This document shows positions 8,753 to 18,516 of a stretch of DNA of 57,908 bases, in pieces. This DNA comes from an uncultured Eubacteriales bacterium (GTDB taxonomy: Bacteria; Bacillota; Clostridia; Oscillospirales; Acutalibacteraceae). The translations under genes and the position numbers were made by a program. The DNA is taken from positions 1-57,908 of the forward strand of contig CATJNB010000057.1 in NCBI GenBank assembly GCA_949741605.1, read 5' to 3'. Every line of letters begins with the position of its first letter. Within the stretch, counting starts at the first letter, position 1. The notes under the pieces were generated by a model. That model searched no databases. It saw only the letters and a program-made list of their open reading frames with translations, and was not told the DNA's origin.

Positions 8753-9868
8753 TTATTCCAGATTACCCAGGCTTTTTTCCTTGAGGTACGCATTGATAAA
8801 GCCATCCAGATCACCGTCCATGACGGCGTTGATATTGCCCATTTCAAAATTCGTGCGGTGGTCTTTGGCAAGGGTGTACGGCATGAACACATACGAGCGG
8901 ATCTGGCTGCCCCAGCCGATTTCTTTTTGTTCGCCCTTGATGTCCTCAATGCGGTCAAGATGTTCGCGCTCCTTAATCTCCATGAGCTTGGACATCAGCA
9001 TTTTCATCGCCACTTCGCGGTTCTGATGCTGGCTGCGTTCTACTTGGCAGGATACCACAATATTGGTTGGCAAGTGGGTCAAACGGACCGCTGAAGACGT
9101 CTTATTGACCTTCTGCCCACCCGCACCGCTGGCCCGGTAATAATCAATTTTGAGGTCATCGGGATTGATGTCAATTTGGATATTATCGTTAATTTCGGGC
9201 ATAACCTCCAGCGACGCAAACGACGTATGCCGGCGTCCAGAGGAGTCAAACGGCGACACCCGCACCAAACGGTGTACCCCTGCTTCACTTTTCAGAAACC
9301 CATAAGCATTCACGCCTTCAATCAGCACAGACGCACTTTTCAGCCCAGCTTCTTCGCCATCGAGATAGTCGAGCGTCTTGACTTTGTAGCCATGGCGTTC
9401 CCCCCACCGGCAGTACATCCGGTAGAGCATTTCTGCCCAGTCCTGTGCTTCCGTACCGCCTGCGCCTGCATGGAACGTCAGGATCGCGTTGTTTTGATCG
9501 TACTCCCCATTGAGCAGGGTGGTTAAACGCTGTGTTTCCAAGTCCCGTTTAAACCCTTCGCATTCCTCCTGTGCTTCCGGCAGAAGCTCCAAATCTTCCG
9601 CTTCATCGGCCAGCTCAATCAGGGCAAGCGCGTCCTCATAACGCCGTACTAAGGCGTCGTAATCCGCCACTTTCCCTTTTAACATGCTGGTGCGCTGCAA
9701 AACCTTCTGTGAGTTTTCCATATCATTCCAGAAATCTGGATGCGCAGCCTGTTCCTCCAGCTTCGCGATTTCTTCCCCCATCGCATCAAGGCCAAGCGCT
9801 TCTGCGAGGTCTTTGAGCGCTGGTCCTTGCTCGGTCAGCTCTAACCTTAATTCTTCAAATTGAAGCAT
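8753..9868 (-). CDS. prfB: Peptide chain release factor 2, uninterrupted (no +1 frameshift)
   Basis: 371 aa with the SPF tripeptide (VSPFDSSGRRHTSF) and the GGQ motif (ASGAGGQKVN). The N-terminus aligns through the region where other bacteria carry CTT TGA. Confidence 0.95.
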   Translation of the reverse strand: MLQFEELRLELTEQGPALKDLAEALGLDAMGEEIAKLEEQAAHPDFWNDMENSQKVLQRTSMLKGKVADYDALVRRYEDALALIELADEAEDLELLPEAQEECEGFKRDLETQRLTTLLNGEYDQNNAILTFHAGAGGTEAQDWAEMLYRMYCRWGERHGYKVKTLDYLDGEEAGLKSASVLIEGVNAYGFLKSEAGVHRLVRVSPFDSSGRRHTSFASLEVMPEINDNIQIDINPDDLKIDYYRASGAGGQKVNKTSSAVRLTHLPTNIVVSCQVERSQHQNREVAMKMLMSKLMEIKEREHLDRIEDIKGEQKEIGWGSQIRSYVFMPYTLAKDHRTNFEMGNINAVMDGDLDGFINAYLKEKSLGNLE

Positions 9869-10034
9869 ATTATCATCCTTTATTGAAATTTTTTACACAA
9901 ATATCATTTACCAATCTTTGCATCTAACTTTTAATTATAGTTTACTTTCTAGGGATTGTAAAGAAGATTTCCCCGCCAAATCCCCTTTTGCAGGCAAAAC
10001 CACAGAAACTTTTTAAATATTATCTAGGAAAACA

Positions 10035-10063
10035 TTGCAGTTTTGGAAAAAATTAGGTACAAT
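10035..10063 (+). promoter_or_regulatory. Sigma-70-type promoter TTGCAG-17-TACAAT
   Basis: The hexamers have a 17-nt spacer and lie ~60 nt upstream of the 10126 start. Confidence 0.5.
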
Positions 10064-10125
10064 GGTAACGATACCGGTTGTCCCGTGGCTCCACTGGACA
10101 ACCTTCATTTTAGGAGGACAAGCTC

Positions 10126-11145
10126 ATGATTGATTATACCGGCCTGCATTGTCCAGCGTGCCAGCAGCCCTTCCGTGAAACGGACGATATTGTTGTGTGC
10201 CCGGAATGTGGGGCGCCGCACCATCGGGAATGTTTTGCAAAAACCGGCCGCTGTGCTATGGCTGACAAACACGGTACCCCCGATGACTGGTCCCATCAGG
10301 AACATCCACGTCAAGTTTCCCTGACTAAGGAATGTCCCCGCTGCCATGCCATGAACGAGGAAGAAGCGTTATTCTGTAAAGAGTGTGGGCAATCCCTGCA
10401 TTATTATTCCAAAACTGCTGACGGTAACCCTGCCAGCTCTGCCCATCATACCCCACCATCCGGGCAAAGCCCCTTTCCCGGCCAGACCCCGCCTGCGGGT
10501 TCTTCGAACACCTCTGTTCCCTTTGACCCTCTGGGCGGCGTATCACCGAACGAGCAGTTTGACGGGGTGAGTGCGGCAAACCTTGCCAAAGCGGTACAGA
10601 CCAACATCCGCTATTACCTTTTGGTGTTTGCCCGGATCAAGACCTCGGGGCGTTCCCGCTTTAACTTTGCGGCATTCTTTTTCGGCGGCGCATGGTACCT
10701 GTTCCGCAAACAGTACCTTCTGGGAACCATTTTTCTCCTGATTAATTTGGCTCTGACCACGGGTACTGTTCTCATGCAAACCCTGTATGTATTGCCCCTG
10801 CTGCATTCGCTGGACCCGAATATTGCCACAAATTTTTCTTTCTACAACATCAACCAGCTCGTCCCGAAAATCATGGAGCTAGGCGGCATACAAACCTTTC
10901 TATGTATCCTGCCGCTGATCTTTTATGCCGCCCGGTTTGCATTGCGGATGATTATGGGGGCAAAAGCGAACCGCCTTTATTTACACCGTTGTGTTCGGGT
11001 GGTGAAAGACGCGGTCGATTATACGGGATTTGCCTCCCCCGAAGAAAAAATCCAAAAAAAGGGCGGGGTCAATACCCTATTGATTACCATTCTGATGACT
11101 GTTTATATTGTTGTGTATTTCCTGATGCACTACCTGCCCAGATAG
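10126..11145 (+). CDS. Zinc-ribbon protein with C-terminal DUF2628-like membrane domain
   Basis: AGGAGG RBS. Two CxxC..CxxC ribbons (CPACQQ..CPECG; CPRCH..CKECG), a Pro/Ser-rich linker and 3-4 TM segments (FNFAAFFFGGAWYLFRKQY). Confidence 0.7.
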   Translation: MIDYTGLHCPACQQPFRETDDIVVCPECGAPHHRECFAKTGRCAMADKHGTPDDWSHQEHPRQVSLTKECPRCHAMNEEEALFCKECGQSLHYYSKTADGNPASSAHHTPPSGQSPFPGQTPPAGSSNTSVPFDPLGGVSPNEQFDGVSAANLAKAVQTNIRYYLLVFARIKTSGRSRFNFAAFFFGGAWYLFRKQYLLGTIFLLINLALTTGTVLMQTLYVLPLLHSLDPNIATNFSFYNINQLVPKIMELGGIQTFLCILPLIFYAARFALRMIMGAKANRLYLHRCVRVVKDAVDYTGFASPEEKIQKKGGVNTLLITILMTVYIVVYFLMHYLPR

Positions 11146-11169
11146 AAAACGAAGGGAAGGATTCCTCTC

Positions 11170-12033
11170 ATGAAAATTACAAAAGCTGTGATCCCTGCCG
11201 CCGGGCTTGGCACCCGTGTCCTGCCAGCTACCAAGTCCATGCCAAAGGAAATGCTCCCGATTGTCGATAAGCCTGCGATCCAGTATATTGTCGAGGAGGC
11301 TGTTGCATCCGGCATCACGGATATCCTCATTATCACCAACCGCGGCAAGGGCCTGATTGAAGACCATTTCGACCGCGCCCCCGAACTCGAAGCCCGCCTT
11401 TCCGACAGCCACCCCATGCATGACGAAATGCTCCGTATTTCCCGGATGGCGAATATTTATTTTATCCGCCAAAAGGAAACCCGTGGGCTGGGACACGCGG
11501 TACATTGCGCGCGCTCGTTTGTAGGGAACGAACCATTTGCTGTGCTTTATGGCGATGATGTCATTATCGGTGACGACCCTGCCTGCGGACAGCTGATCCG
11601 TGCCTATGAACGGTTTGGGAAAGGGATTCTCGGAGTCAAAGAGGTGCCGCCGGATACGATTTCCCGTTACAGTTCGCTGAAGGTCGAGCCGATCTGCGAG
11701 AATTATTTCCATTGTACGGATATGGTCGAAAAACCTGCCCCCGATCAAGTGCTGTCTCTGTATTCCGTACTTGGGCGGTGCGTGCTTCCGCCGGAAATTT
11801 TCGATATCTTAGCACAGACCCCCCCCGGGGCAGGCGGAGAAATCCAGCTGACCGACGCCATGCGTACCCTTGCCCAAAGCACAGGGATGGTTGCCGTCGA
11901 TTTTACCGGTACCCGGTACGATATGGGCAACAAGCTGGGGATTCTCCAAGCCACCGTCGAAATCGCTTTGCGGCATCCGCAGGTCGGGGAAGATTTCCGA
12001 GAGTACCTGAAGGGGTTTGTGAAAAATCTGTAA
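11170..12033 (+). CDS. galU: UTP--glucose-1-phosphate uridylyltransferase
   Basis: N-terminus KAVIPAAGLGTRVLPATKSMPKEMLPIVDKPAIQYIVEE is the canonical GalU signature. Confidence 0.93.
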   Translation: MKITKAVIPAAGLGTRVLPATKSMPKEMLPIVDKPAIQYIVEEAVASGITDILIITNRGKGLIEDHFDRAPELEARLSDSHPMHDEMLRISRMANIYFIRQKETRGLGHAVHCARSFVGNEPFAVLYGDDVIIGDDPACGQLIRAYERFGKGILGVKEVPPDTISRYSSLKVEPICENYFHCTDMVEKPAPDQVLSLYSVLGRCVLPPEIFDILAQTPPGAGGEIQLTDAMRTLAQSTGMVAVDFTGTRYDMGNKLGILQATVEIALRHPQVGEDFREYLKGFVKNL

Positions 12034-12040
12034 AATCCTC

Positions 12041-12069
12041 TTGACAAATTCCGCTGCTTTTCTTATAAT
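12041..12069 (+). promoter_or_regulatory. Consensus promoter TTGACA-17-TATAAT for rpsF-ssb-rpsR
   Basis: Both hexamers are perfect with a 17-nt spacer. It leaves an ~85-nt leader before rpsF. Confidence 0.7.
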
Positions 12070-12158
12070 AGGAAATGTTATGCTGTTTGTCCAGCAGAAT
12101 AATCCTTGCTCCTGCTTTCGTGCGGGGGCCTGATGTCCAAAAGGAGGTGCAATCAACC

Positions 12159-12515
12159 ATGCCAAATTTGACCAATTCTTACGAAACCGTCTTTATCCTC
12201 TCCGCAAACCTTGGGGAAGAAGGTACCACTGCCCTGATCCAGAAATTTAAGGATCTCATTGAAGCCAATGGTACCATTGAGAGCGTTGACGAGTGGGGCA
12301 AGCGCAGACTTGCTTATCCTATCGCCAAACAACCCGAAGGGTATTACACGCTCATCAACTTCAAGAGTGCTCCGGAGTTCACCGCTGAACTTGACCGTAT
12401 CTACAAGATTACGGACGGCGTTCTCCGTTCCCTCATCATCAAGAAGGAAATCAAACCTGCCAAGGCAGCCAAGGCTCCCAAACAGCCTCAGGCCGAAGCC
12501 AATGCCGAAGCTTAA
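12159..12515 (+). CDS. rpsF: 30S ribosomal protein S6
   Basis: Start set at the ATG at 12159, after [25 protein letters not shown] is a typical S6 N-terminus. The upstream 28 codons of the ORF track cover the promoter and leader. Confidence 0.93.
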   Translation: MPNLTNSYETVFILSANLGEEGTTALIQKFKDLIEANGTIESVDEWGKRRLAYPIAKQPEGYYTLINFKSAPEFTAELDRIYKITDGVLRSLIIKKEIKPAKAAKAPKQPQAEANAEA

Positions 12516-12540
12516 ATCCACCAAAGGGAAGTGATTGTAG

Positions 12541-13020
12541 ATGCTCAATGTCGCGATTATCATGGGCCGGCTGGTTGCTGACCCGGAACTGCGTCATACC
12601 CCAAACGATATTGCTGTTACCAGCTTTACGGTTGCCGTAGATCGTTCTTATGTCAAAGCCGGCGCCGAACGTCAAGCCGATTTTATTGACGTGGTCGCTT
12701 GGCGCAGTACCGCCGATTTTGTCTGCAAATATTTCCGCAAAGGAAGCGCAATCGTTGTACAGGGTTCGCTCCAGACCCGTTCTTACACGGACTCCCAGGG
12801 CAACAAACGCAAAGCTGTCGAAATCGTAGCCGACAATGTCCACTTTGGTGAGTCCAAACGGGACAGCGCTGCAAATTCTGCCGCTTATGCCGCCCCGTCC
12901 GCAGCACCTGCTGCGCCGATCCACCATACGGAAGTTGTCAGTGCCCCTGCACCTGCTTATAGCAGCGGGGATAACGGAGATTTTGAAGAGATCATCAGCG
13001 ACGACGATTTGCCATTCTGA
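12541..13020 (+). CDS. ssb: Single-stranded DNA-binding protein
   Basis: OB fold (MLNVAIIMGRLVADPELRHTPNDIAVTSFTVAV) and an acidic tail ending DDDLPF. Confidence 0.95.
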   Translation: MLNVAIIMGRLVADPELRHTPNDIAVTSFTVAVDRSYVKAGAERQADFIDVVAWRSTADFVCKYFRKGSAIVVQGSLQTRSYTDSQGNKRKAVEIVADNVHFGESKRDSAANSAAYAAPSAAPAAPIHHTEVVSAPAPAYSSGDNGDFEEIISDDDLPF

Positions 13021-13063
13021 CCCCATTCGGATGAGGATACATTTGTAAAAGGAGGTTTTCAAC

Positions 13064-13324
13064 ATGGCTGAGAGAAATGACAGACCTGAAAGAAATGAAC
13101 GCCGCGGCGGCCGCAAAGGACGTAAAAAAGTTTGCAGCTTCTGTGTCGATAAGGTCGAAAATATTGACTATAAAGATGTCGCAAAGCTGCGCCGCTTTAT
13201 CTCGGAACGTGCAAAAATTTTGCCGCGCCGCGTAACCGGCACTTGCGCTCACCATCAGCGTGAACTGACTGTTGCGATTAAACGTGCCCGTCACGTAGCG
13301 CTTCTGCCGTTCAGCAGCGACTGA
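13064..13324 (+). CDS. rpsR: 30S ribosomal protein S18
   Basis: [45 protein letters not shown] is the S18 signature. AAAGGAGG RBS. Confidence 0.95.
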   Translation: MAERNDRPERNERRGGRKGRKKVCSFCVDKVENIDYKDVAKLRRFISERAKILPRRVTGTCAHHQRELTVAIKRARHVALLPFSSD

Positions 13325-13343
13325 TTTTTCTATAAGGATCAAA

Positions 13344-13386
13344 AACACCCCACAGGAAAGTAATCGTTCTGTGGGGTGTTTCTTTG
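13344..13386 (+). terminator. Rho-independent terminator of the rpsF operon
   Basis: 12-bp arms aacaccccacag / ctgtggggtgtt followed by TCTTT. Confidence 0.75.
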
Positions 13387-13521
13387 GTTAAAAAGGCAAA
13401 ATACAGAAGAAATTTGTCATTTCTACTTGTATTTTTGCCATAAACCCTGTAAAATAAGAACACACACACTTTAAACCGTAACCGTTTAAAGGAGTAAAGT
13501 TTTATCAGGGGGCGAACTATT

Positions 13522-15039
13522 TTGCCAAAAGAAGCTGTTTTATACATTTCCATTGCGCTGTATGCGGTCATGATCCTTGTGGTCGGACTGGTCAGCGCGC
13601 GCAAATCAAAAAGCATGGCAGATTTCACTGTCGGCGGACGCAAAGCCGGTGCTTGGATGTCTGCCTTTTCCTACGGCACTACCTATTTTTCCGCAGTGAT
13701 GTTTATTGGCTATGCGGGTTCCACTGGTTGGAAATATGGATTATGGGGCGTTTTGCCCGGTATCGGCAATGCCATTATTGGATCCCTGTTTGCGTGGCTG
13801 ATGCTTGCCAGACGTACCCGGGAAACTACCCGCCGCCTTGAAATTAAGTCCATGCCACAGTTTTTCCATATCCGTTTTCAGAGTATGCCCATGAAACTTT
13901 TTTCTGTGGCGGTCATTTTTATCTTCCTGCTCCCCTATTCTGCGTCGGTCTACAAGGGGCTGACCAGCGTCTGTTCGGTTCTTCTGGGCGTCAATGAACA
14001 GCTCTGTATGATTATTATTGCCGTTGCGGCGGCAGCTATTGTCATTCTTGGCGGCTACATTGCCATGCTCAAAGCTGATTTTATTCAGGGTATTATCATG
14101 ATTATCGGGGTTTCGTTGCTGATTTTCTTTACGGTACGCAGTCAACAGGTGGGCGGAATTACAGCAGGTATCGCGGCGATCTCAGAACGTACCGCCTCCC
14201 TCAACCTGACCGCTTTTGATCATGTTGGTTTATGGGCGACCATCCTGATGACCTCCTTTGGTACGTGGGGGCTGCCGCAAATGATCCACAAATATTACGG
14301 CATCCGCGACAACAAAGAAGTGCGCCGCGGTACTATTATTTCGACCTTGTTTGCTTTGCTGATCGCTGGCGGCGGATATTTTATTGGTTCGCTGTCGCAT
14401 TTGTTTTTCTCGGAACTTCCCCAAGGTGGCCGCGACTACCTCATCCCGAATATGCTTCTGGAATCCCAACTGCCGACCATCTTACTCGGCGTGGTACTGG
14501 TTCTGCTGATTGCCGCTTCCGTTTCGACCCTTGCCTCCATTACGATCACGGCATCCTCTACGCTTACCATGGACTTTGTCCAGACAAAAATCCGCCCGAA
14601 TATGTCCTCCACCCATGCGGCAATCTTTACTAAGGTTTTGTGCGGGATTTTCGTCGGGCTTTCCTACCTCATCGCCAATACCAACACCCCCATCCTCGAT
14701 ATGATGTCCTATTCCTGGGGGATTTTATCGGGCAGTTTCCTCGCTCCATACCTTCTTACCTTGTATTGGAAAGGGATCAACCGTGCTGGTGCGTGGGCTG
14801 GTATGATCGGTGGTTTTCTGATTGCCCTGCCTCCGGTTATCTGTAAACTGTTCTGCCCCACAGTCCCACTTGGGGCGTTCGGACCCCTTGCTGATATGGG
14901 CGCACATTTCGCCTGTGTTTCCATGATCCTTTCCTTTGCGCTATGCTTTGTGGTCAGTAAAATCGCGGTTGCCGCCAAATGGAAAAGCAGTAGCCCCAAC
15001 CCCGGTTTTTACGAAACTACGGCTGCTAGAGAGGGATAA
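13522..15039 (+). CDS. Sodium:solute symporter (SSS) family transporter
   Basis: 505 aa, ~13 TM segments, TTG start. N-terminal SARKSKSMADFTVGGRKAGAWMSAFSYGTTYFSA is typical of the SSS family. Confidence 0.85.
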   Translation: MPKEAVLYISIALYAVMILVVGLVSARKSKSMADFTVGGRKAGAWMSAFSYGTTYFSAVMFIGYAGSTGWKYGLWGVLPGIGNAIIGSLFAWLMLARRTRETTRRLEIKSMPQFFHIRFQSMPMKLFSVAVIFIFLLPYSASVYKGLTSVCSVLLGVNEQLCMIIIAVAAAAIVILGGYIAMLKADFIQGIIMIIGVSLLIFFTVRSQQVGGITAGIAAISERTASLNLTAFDHVGLWATILMTSFGTWGLPQMIHKYYGIRDNKEVRRGTIISTLFALLIAGGGYFIGSLSHLFFSELPQGGRDYLIPNMLLESQLPTILLGVVLVLLIAASVSTLASITITASSTLTMDFVQTKIRPNMSSTHAAIFTKVLCGIFVGLSYLIANTNTPILDMMSYSWGILSGSFLAPYLLTLYWKGINRAGAWAGMIGGFLIALPPVICKLFCPTVPLGAFGPLADMGAHFACVSMILSFALCFVVSKIAVAAKWKSSSPNPGFYETTAAREG

Positions 15040-15055
15040 AATCATTCACAAAAAG

Positions 15056-15090
15056 AAAAAGCTCGGAACCAGATTGTTCCGGGCTTTTTT
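15056..15090. terminator. Hairpin terminator between convergent symporter and fabZ
   Basis: Arms agctcggaac / gttccgggct (one G-U pair on the plus-strand RNA). T6 lies downstream and an A-rich run upstream. Confidence 0.65.
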
Positions 15091-15093
15091 CTA

Positions 15094-15522
15094 TTAGTCC
15101 ATAACTGCAAAGGTCAGTTCTGCTTTCGCGACTACCTTGCCATTGACTTTCGCAACCGCACTTCCTACCCCAACCGGGCCTTTGCGGCGGATAATTTCAG
15201 TTTCCATTTCCAGCACATCACCGGGCTGTACCTGCCCTTTGAAACGCGCTTCCTTGATGCCTCCAAACAGGGCAATTTTCCCCTTATTCTCTTCAAGCGA
15301 CAAAATCGCCACAGCACCAACCTGTGCCAATGCCTCGATAATCAAGACACCTGGCATCACATGATGTTGTGGGAAATGCCCCATGAAGTGCATCTCGTTA
15401 GCGGTCACACACTTGATCCCTTTCGCCCATTGGCCGGGTTCAAAGTCTGTGATCTTATCCACCAGTAAAAATGGGTACCGATGCGGGATAATTTCCTGAA
15501 TTTGATTGCTGTTCAGTTCCAT
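15094..15522 (-). CDS. fabZ: 3-hydroxyacyl-ACP dehydratase
   Basis: [30 protein letters not shown] hot-dog signature. Confidence 0.95.
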   Translation of the reverse strand: MELNSNQIQEIIPHRYPFLLVDKITDFEPGQWAKGIKCVTANEMHFMGHFPQHHVMPGVLIIEALAQVGAVAILSLEENKGKIALFGGIKEARFKGQVQPGDVLEMETEIIRRKGPVGVGSAVAKVNGKVVAKAELTFAVMD

Positions 15523-15524
15523 CG

Positions 15525-16766
15525 TTACTCTCCTTTGTACTTGCGGAATGCCAACGTTGCATTATGGCCGCCAAATCCAAATGTATTTGACAACGCATAT
15601 TCCATGTCTTTTTCCTTGCCCACGTTCGGGGTAATATCCAAATCACATTCTGGATCTGGCACTTTATAATTGATCGTCGGTGGCACGAAACCATCCTTGA
15701 GCGCAAGGACAGAGAAAATCGCTTCTACTGCACCCGTTGCGCCGAGCAGATGCCCAGTCATCGACTTGGTAGAACTGATCGAAACGGTTTGAGCCGCATC
15801 CCCTAATGCAGACTTAATCGCTAAGGTTTCAAATTTGTCGTTTGGCGGCGTCGAGGTGCCGTGTGCATTGATATAATCGACCTGCTCCGGTGCGATCCCG
15901 GCATCGTCCATGGCGCATACCATGGAACGGGCTGCCCCTTCCCCTGTTTCGGACGGCAGCGTAATATGGAACGCATCACAGGTTGCGCCATACCCAACAA
16001 TCTCCCCGTAAATATGTGCGCCGCGCGCTTTGGCATGTTCGAGTTCCTCCAGCACCAGAATCCCGGCGCCTTCGCCCATGACAAACCCGGAACGTTCCTT
16101 ATCAAACGGGATGGAAGCCCGGTTAATATCCGTACCTTCGTGCAGAGCCTTCATAGACGTAAACCCGCCCAATGCCAAATGCGTGATGGTCGATTCCGCA
16201 CCACCGGTAATCATAATTTCCTCATAGCCGTCCCGTATCCGGTGAAATGCATCGCCAACCGCATGGGTACCGCTCGCACACGCTGTTACCACACAAGTAC
16301 ACAGCCCTTTTGCATTAAATTCAATGGCAATGTCGCCAGCACCCATGTTAGCGATCAGCTGCGTGATGAAAAACGGAGAGATCCGGTCATACCCTTTCTC
16401 CATTGCCTTGATATGTTCGGTTTCCATCACTTCCATGCCGCCTACACCCGACGAAACAATCACGCCCATTCGGTTGTGGTCAAACTGCGCGTCCTGCAAA
16501 CCAGAGTCTGCATAAGCCTGTTTGGCGGCGATCAGCGCAAACTGGCGGTACCGGGACATCTTGCGGGCAACCTTTTTTTCCAGATAATTTTCTACCACCA
16601 AATCCTTGACCTCAGCCGCAATTTTAATCTTATGCTCGCTGACATCCAATTGTTTGTTTATGCCAATCCCACATGTTCCGGCCCGGGCTGCTGCCCAAGT
16701 TTCCGCTACGGTATTGCCGATTGGAGTGACTGCTCCCATACCGGTCACCACTACTCTTCGTTTCAT
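15525..16766 (-). CDS. fabF: Beta-ketoacyl-ACP synthase II (housekeeping)
   Basis: 413 aa. Cys-His-His motifs [15 protein letters not shown] and INAHGTST, with C-terminal [12 protein letters not shown]. Confidence 0.95.
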   Translation of the reverse strand: MKRRVVVTGMGAVTPIGNTVAETWAAARAGTCGIGINKQLDVSEHKIKIAAEVKDLVVENYLEKKVARKMSRYRQFALIAAKQAYADSGLQDAQFDHNRMGVIVSSGVGGMEVMETEHIKAMEKGYDRISPFFITQLIANMGAGDIAIEFNAKGLCTCVVTACASGTHAVGDAFHRIRDGYEEIMITGGAESTITHLALGGFTSMKALHEGTDINRASIPFDKERSGFVMGEGAGILVLEELEHAKARGAHIYGEIVGYGATCDAFHITLPSETGEGAARSMVCAMDDAGIAPEQVDYINAHGTSTPPNDKFETLAIKSALGDAAQTVSISSTKSMTGHLLGATGAVEAIFSVLALKDGFVPPTINYKVPDPECDLDITPNVGKEKDMEYALSNTFGFGGHNATLAFRKYKGE

Positions 16767-16778
16767 GCCTTCCTCTCC

Positions 16779-17516
16779 TTACATCACCATTCCGCCATCC
16801 ACCTGAAGTACCTGCCCTGTGATATAGCCTGCGTCCTTGCCGGCCAAAAAGGCCACCGCATTGGCAATATCTTCCGGCTTTCCAAAACGTCCCAAGGGAA
16901 TGGTCTTTTGTATGGTTTCTTTCATGTCCTCGCCAAGGACCTCTGTCATATCCGTATCAATAAACCCTGGAGCAATCGCATTGACGGTCACACCACGGCT
17001 GCCCAGCTCTTTGGCCAGCGACTTGGTCATCCCAATCACCCCAGCCTTGCTTGCCGCATAGTTCACCTGTCCGGCATTTCCGGTCAGCCCCACCACGGAC
17101 GATAAATTAATAATCCGTCCGCTGCGCTGCTTCATCATCAAGCGCGATACCTGCTTCATGCAGTTCCATGCGCCTTTGAGGTTTACCGCAATCACCTGAT
17201 CAAAATCCTCTTCACTCATACGCATCATGAGATTGTCCCGGGTAATCCCTGCGTTATTGACTAAAATATCCACCTTACCGAATGTTTTCACTGCCGTATT
17301 GATGATAGTTTCGCACACGGCAGGGTCTGCAACACTCCCTGCAACCAATACCACCTGTACGCCAAAAGCCTCACATAACGCTTTGGTTTCCTCGGCTTTT
17401 TCCGTATTTCCGGCATAGTTAATCACCAGGTTTGCCCCCAGGGAGGCCAGCTTTAAACAGACTGCCCGGCCAATCCCACGGCTGCCGCCGGTCACAACTG
17501 CTGTTTGATCCTTCAT
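16779..17516 (-). CDS. fabG: 3-oxoacyl-ACP reductase
   Basis: SDR motifs TGGSRGIG, NNAG and YAASKAG. Start set at the ATG 8 nt after AGGAG; the ORF-track GTG is 9 nt upstream. Confidence 0.93.
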   Translation of the reverse strand: MKDQTAVVTGGSRGIGRAVCLKLASLGANLVINYAGNTEKAEETKALCEAFGVQVVLVAGSVADPAVCETIINTAVKTFGKVDILVNNAGITRDNLMMRMSEEDFDQVIAVNLKGAWNCMKQVSRLMMKQRSGRIINLSSVVGLTGNAGQVNYAASKAGVIGMTKSLAKELGSRGVTVNAIAPGFIDTDMTEVLGEDMKETIQKTIPLGRFGKPEDIANAVAFLAGKDAGYITGQVLQVDGGMVM

Positions 17517-17527
17517 GATATCCACTC

Positions 17528-18454
17528 CTATTGTTTTAGGGCATCCAGTGTTTTTTGCAGGGACTCTGGGTCCTCAACCTGATACACTGGGATTTCCTTG
17601 GTAATTTTTTTGATGAACCCACTGAGTACCTTGCCCGGGCCAATTTCTACGATCGCCTGTACGCCCTGTTCTAATATGTAACGAATGCTGTCCTCAAAGT
17701 ATACCGACGATTTTACTTGACGGGTCAATAAAGCGGGGATCGTTTCACCTTCCCCAAGCGGGCGGGCAGTGGCATTAAACACCACCGGGATTTGCAGGGG
17801 AGCAAAGGAAACAGCCCGAAATTTTTCCGCCAGCTTTTCGCCAGCAGGTGCCATCAGCGACGTATGGAACGGGCCGCTCACAGCAAGTGGGACTGCACGT
17901 TTGGCTTTACGGTCCAAAGCCCCCTGCACTGCTGCATCAACAGCTTTCGTCTGTCCGCCAATCACAAGCTGACCGGGACAATTATAATTCGCGATTTCCA
18001 CAATCCCTAACGCACTGGCCTGCTCACAGGCTTGCTGAAGCAGCTCACGGTCAAGACCCAAAATGGCAACCATTTTACTTTCCATGCCTTGTACCGCTTC
18101 CTCCATGGCCTGCCCGCGGAACCGTACCAAATCTAAAGCCGTCTGCTGGTCGAATACCCCGGCTGCATACAGCGCCGAATATTCCCCCAAACTCAGTCCG
18201 GCCGCGATATCCGGGGTGACACCGTGTTCCCTGAGTACTTCCGTAATGGCAATCGCCGTGGCAACCATACAGGGCTGCGTATATTGAGTCTGGGAAAGCT
18301 GCTCAATAGGCCCCTCAAAACAAAGCTGTTTGACATCAAAGTCCAGCGAAACCGCATCCAAAACCTTTCTGGCAGCCGCATATTCCTGATACAGCTGATG
18401 TCCCATTCCCACGGTCTGGCTGCCCTGCCCGGCATACACAAAACCAAGTTTCAT
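17528..18454 (-). CDS. fabD: Malonyl-CoA:ACP transacylase
   Basis: FVYAGQGSQ and GLSLGEYSAL motifs. Start set at the ATG after the GGGGGA RBS (MKLGFVYAGQGSQ). Confidence 0.93.
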   Translation of the reverse strand: MKLGFVYAGQGSQTVGMGHQLYQEYAAARKVLDAVSLDFDVKQLCFEGPIEQLSQTQYTQPCMVATAIAITEVLREHGVTPDIAAGLSLGEYSALYAAGVFDQQTALDLVRFRGQAMEEAVQGMESKMVAILGLDRELLQQACEQASALGIVEIANYNCPGQLVIGGQTKAVDAAVQGALDRKAKRAVPLAVSGPFHTSLMAPAGEKLAEKFRAVSFAPLQIPVVFNATARPLGEGETIPALLTRQVKSSVYFEDSIRYILEQGVQAIVEIGPGKVLSGFIKKITKEIPVYQVEDPESLQKTLDALKQ

Positions 18455-18516
18455 GAGTCTGAATCCCCCTTTATGTTTGTATAATCCCATGCTGCAAAGG
18501 CAACAAAGCGGGAAGA

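Noticed and set aside
9780-9868. Programmed +1 frameshift site in prfB
   Set aside because: I looked for CTT TGA preceded by an SD-like element. The region is in frame without a stop, so no frameshift is needed.
11077-11748. 223-aa minus-strand ORF
   Set aside because: It is antisense to galU, which has a canonical signature.
12451-13116. 221-aa minus-strand ORF
   Set aside because: It is antisense to ssb and spans the rpsF and rpsR boundaries.
15861-17105. 414-aa plus-strand ORF, the longest unexplained ORF
   Set aside because: It is entirely antisense to fabF and fabG, which have unmistakable motifs. Its translation is Arg/His/Pro-rich, as is typical of shadow ORFs.
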